Assembly: GCF_963921235.1 (NCBI RefSeq)
Contig: NC_086097.1
Location: forward strand, 54,128,001 to 54,192,000
Source of the DNA: Mobula hypostoma
Lineage: Eukaryota
DNA: 64,000 nucleotides
Reading direction: 5' to 3'
In this document: in pieces, positions 63,819 through 64,000 of the stretch
Layout of the letters: each line of letters starts with the position of its first letter
Numbering within the stretch: the stretch's first letter is position 1
The notes under the pieces: model-generated
Databases searched by the model: none
The model's input: only the letters and a program-made list of their open reading frames with translations
What the model was told of the DNA's origin: nothing
Translations under genes and position numbers: made by a program

Positions 63819-63945
63819 AGTCCAGATGAAGAATCTCAAACCAAAGGTCGACTGTCCGTTTCCTCCACAGATGCAGTATGATCCACTGAATTCCTCCAGC
63901 ATTTTGTTTGCTGCTCAGATTCCAGCATTGACAGCTTCCTGTGGC
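63819..63945 (+). mobile_element. Old Penelope tail beginning at a decayed hammerhead
   Basis: agtccagatgaag..aaaggtcgact followed by the standard tail. Confidence 0.65.
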
Positions 63946-64000
63946 TTTAGGGAGCAGTTGATGGGATGGGAGAGTAAATGCTAGCAGTCAGGGAGCAATT

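Noticed and set aside
1..64000. CRISPR arrays, operons or prokaryotic systems
   Set aside because: Vertebrate-type repeat landscape; no regularly spaced repeats or dense intact ORFs.

Overview
Eukaryotic, repeat-rich genomic DNA. The repeat mix (CR1, Rex1/Babar, L2, RTE, Penelope-like, HE1-type SINE) suggests a cartilaginous fish, probably a ray; this is inference only. There is no intact protein-coding gene in one piece. The window looks like introns of an unidentified minus-strand gene, with a few plausible exons (best pair 10969-11204 and 8277-8361). It is packed with nested mobile elements: a 3-kb CR1, many Rex1/Babar fragments, a Tc1 (DD34E) transposon, an internally deleted BEL/Pao LTR element with both LTRs and a TSD, two solo LTRs, an R2/HERO fragment, hAT MITEs, SINEs, a probable Sola-like element, and Penelope-like elements including a 3-kb copy with inverted pseudo-LTRs and a 14-bp TSD. 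The most interesting signals are self-cleaving RNAs. (i) A complete HDV-like double-pseudoknot ribozyme lies at 17680-17862 (-). It has an unusual hairpin inserted in L3, and its predicted cleavage site is the exact 5' end of a ~560-bp non-autonomous RTE element; a second RTE family may share the architecture. (ii) About ten minimal hammerhead motifs are carried by Penelope pseudo-LTRs, several in copies that start at the ribozyme edge. All folds and family calls are by eye and untested. Boundaries of old fragments are approximate.
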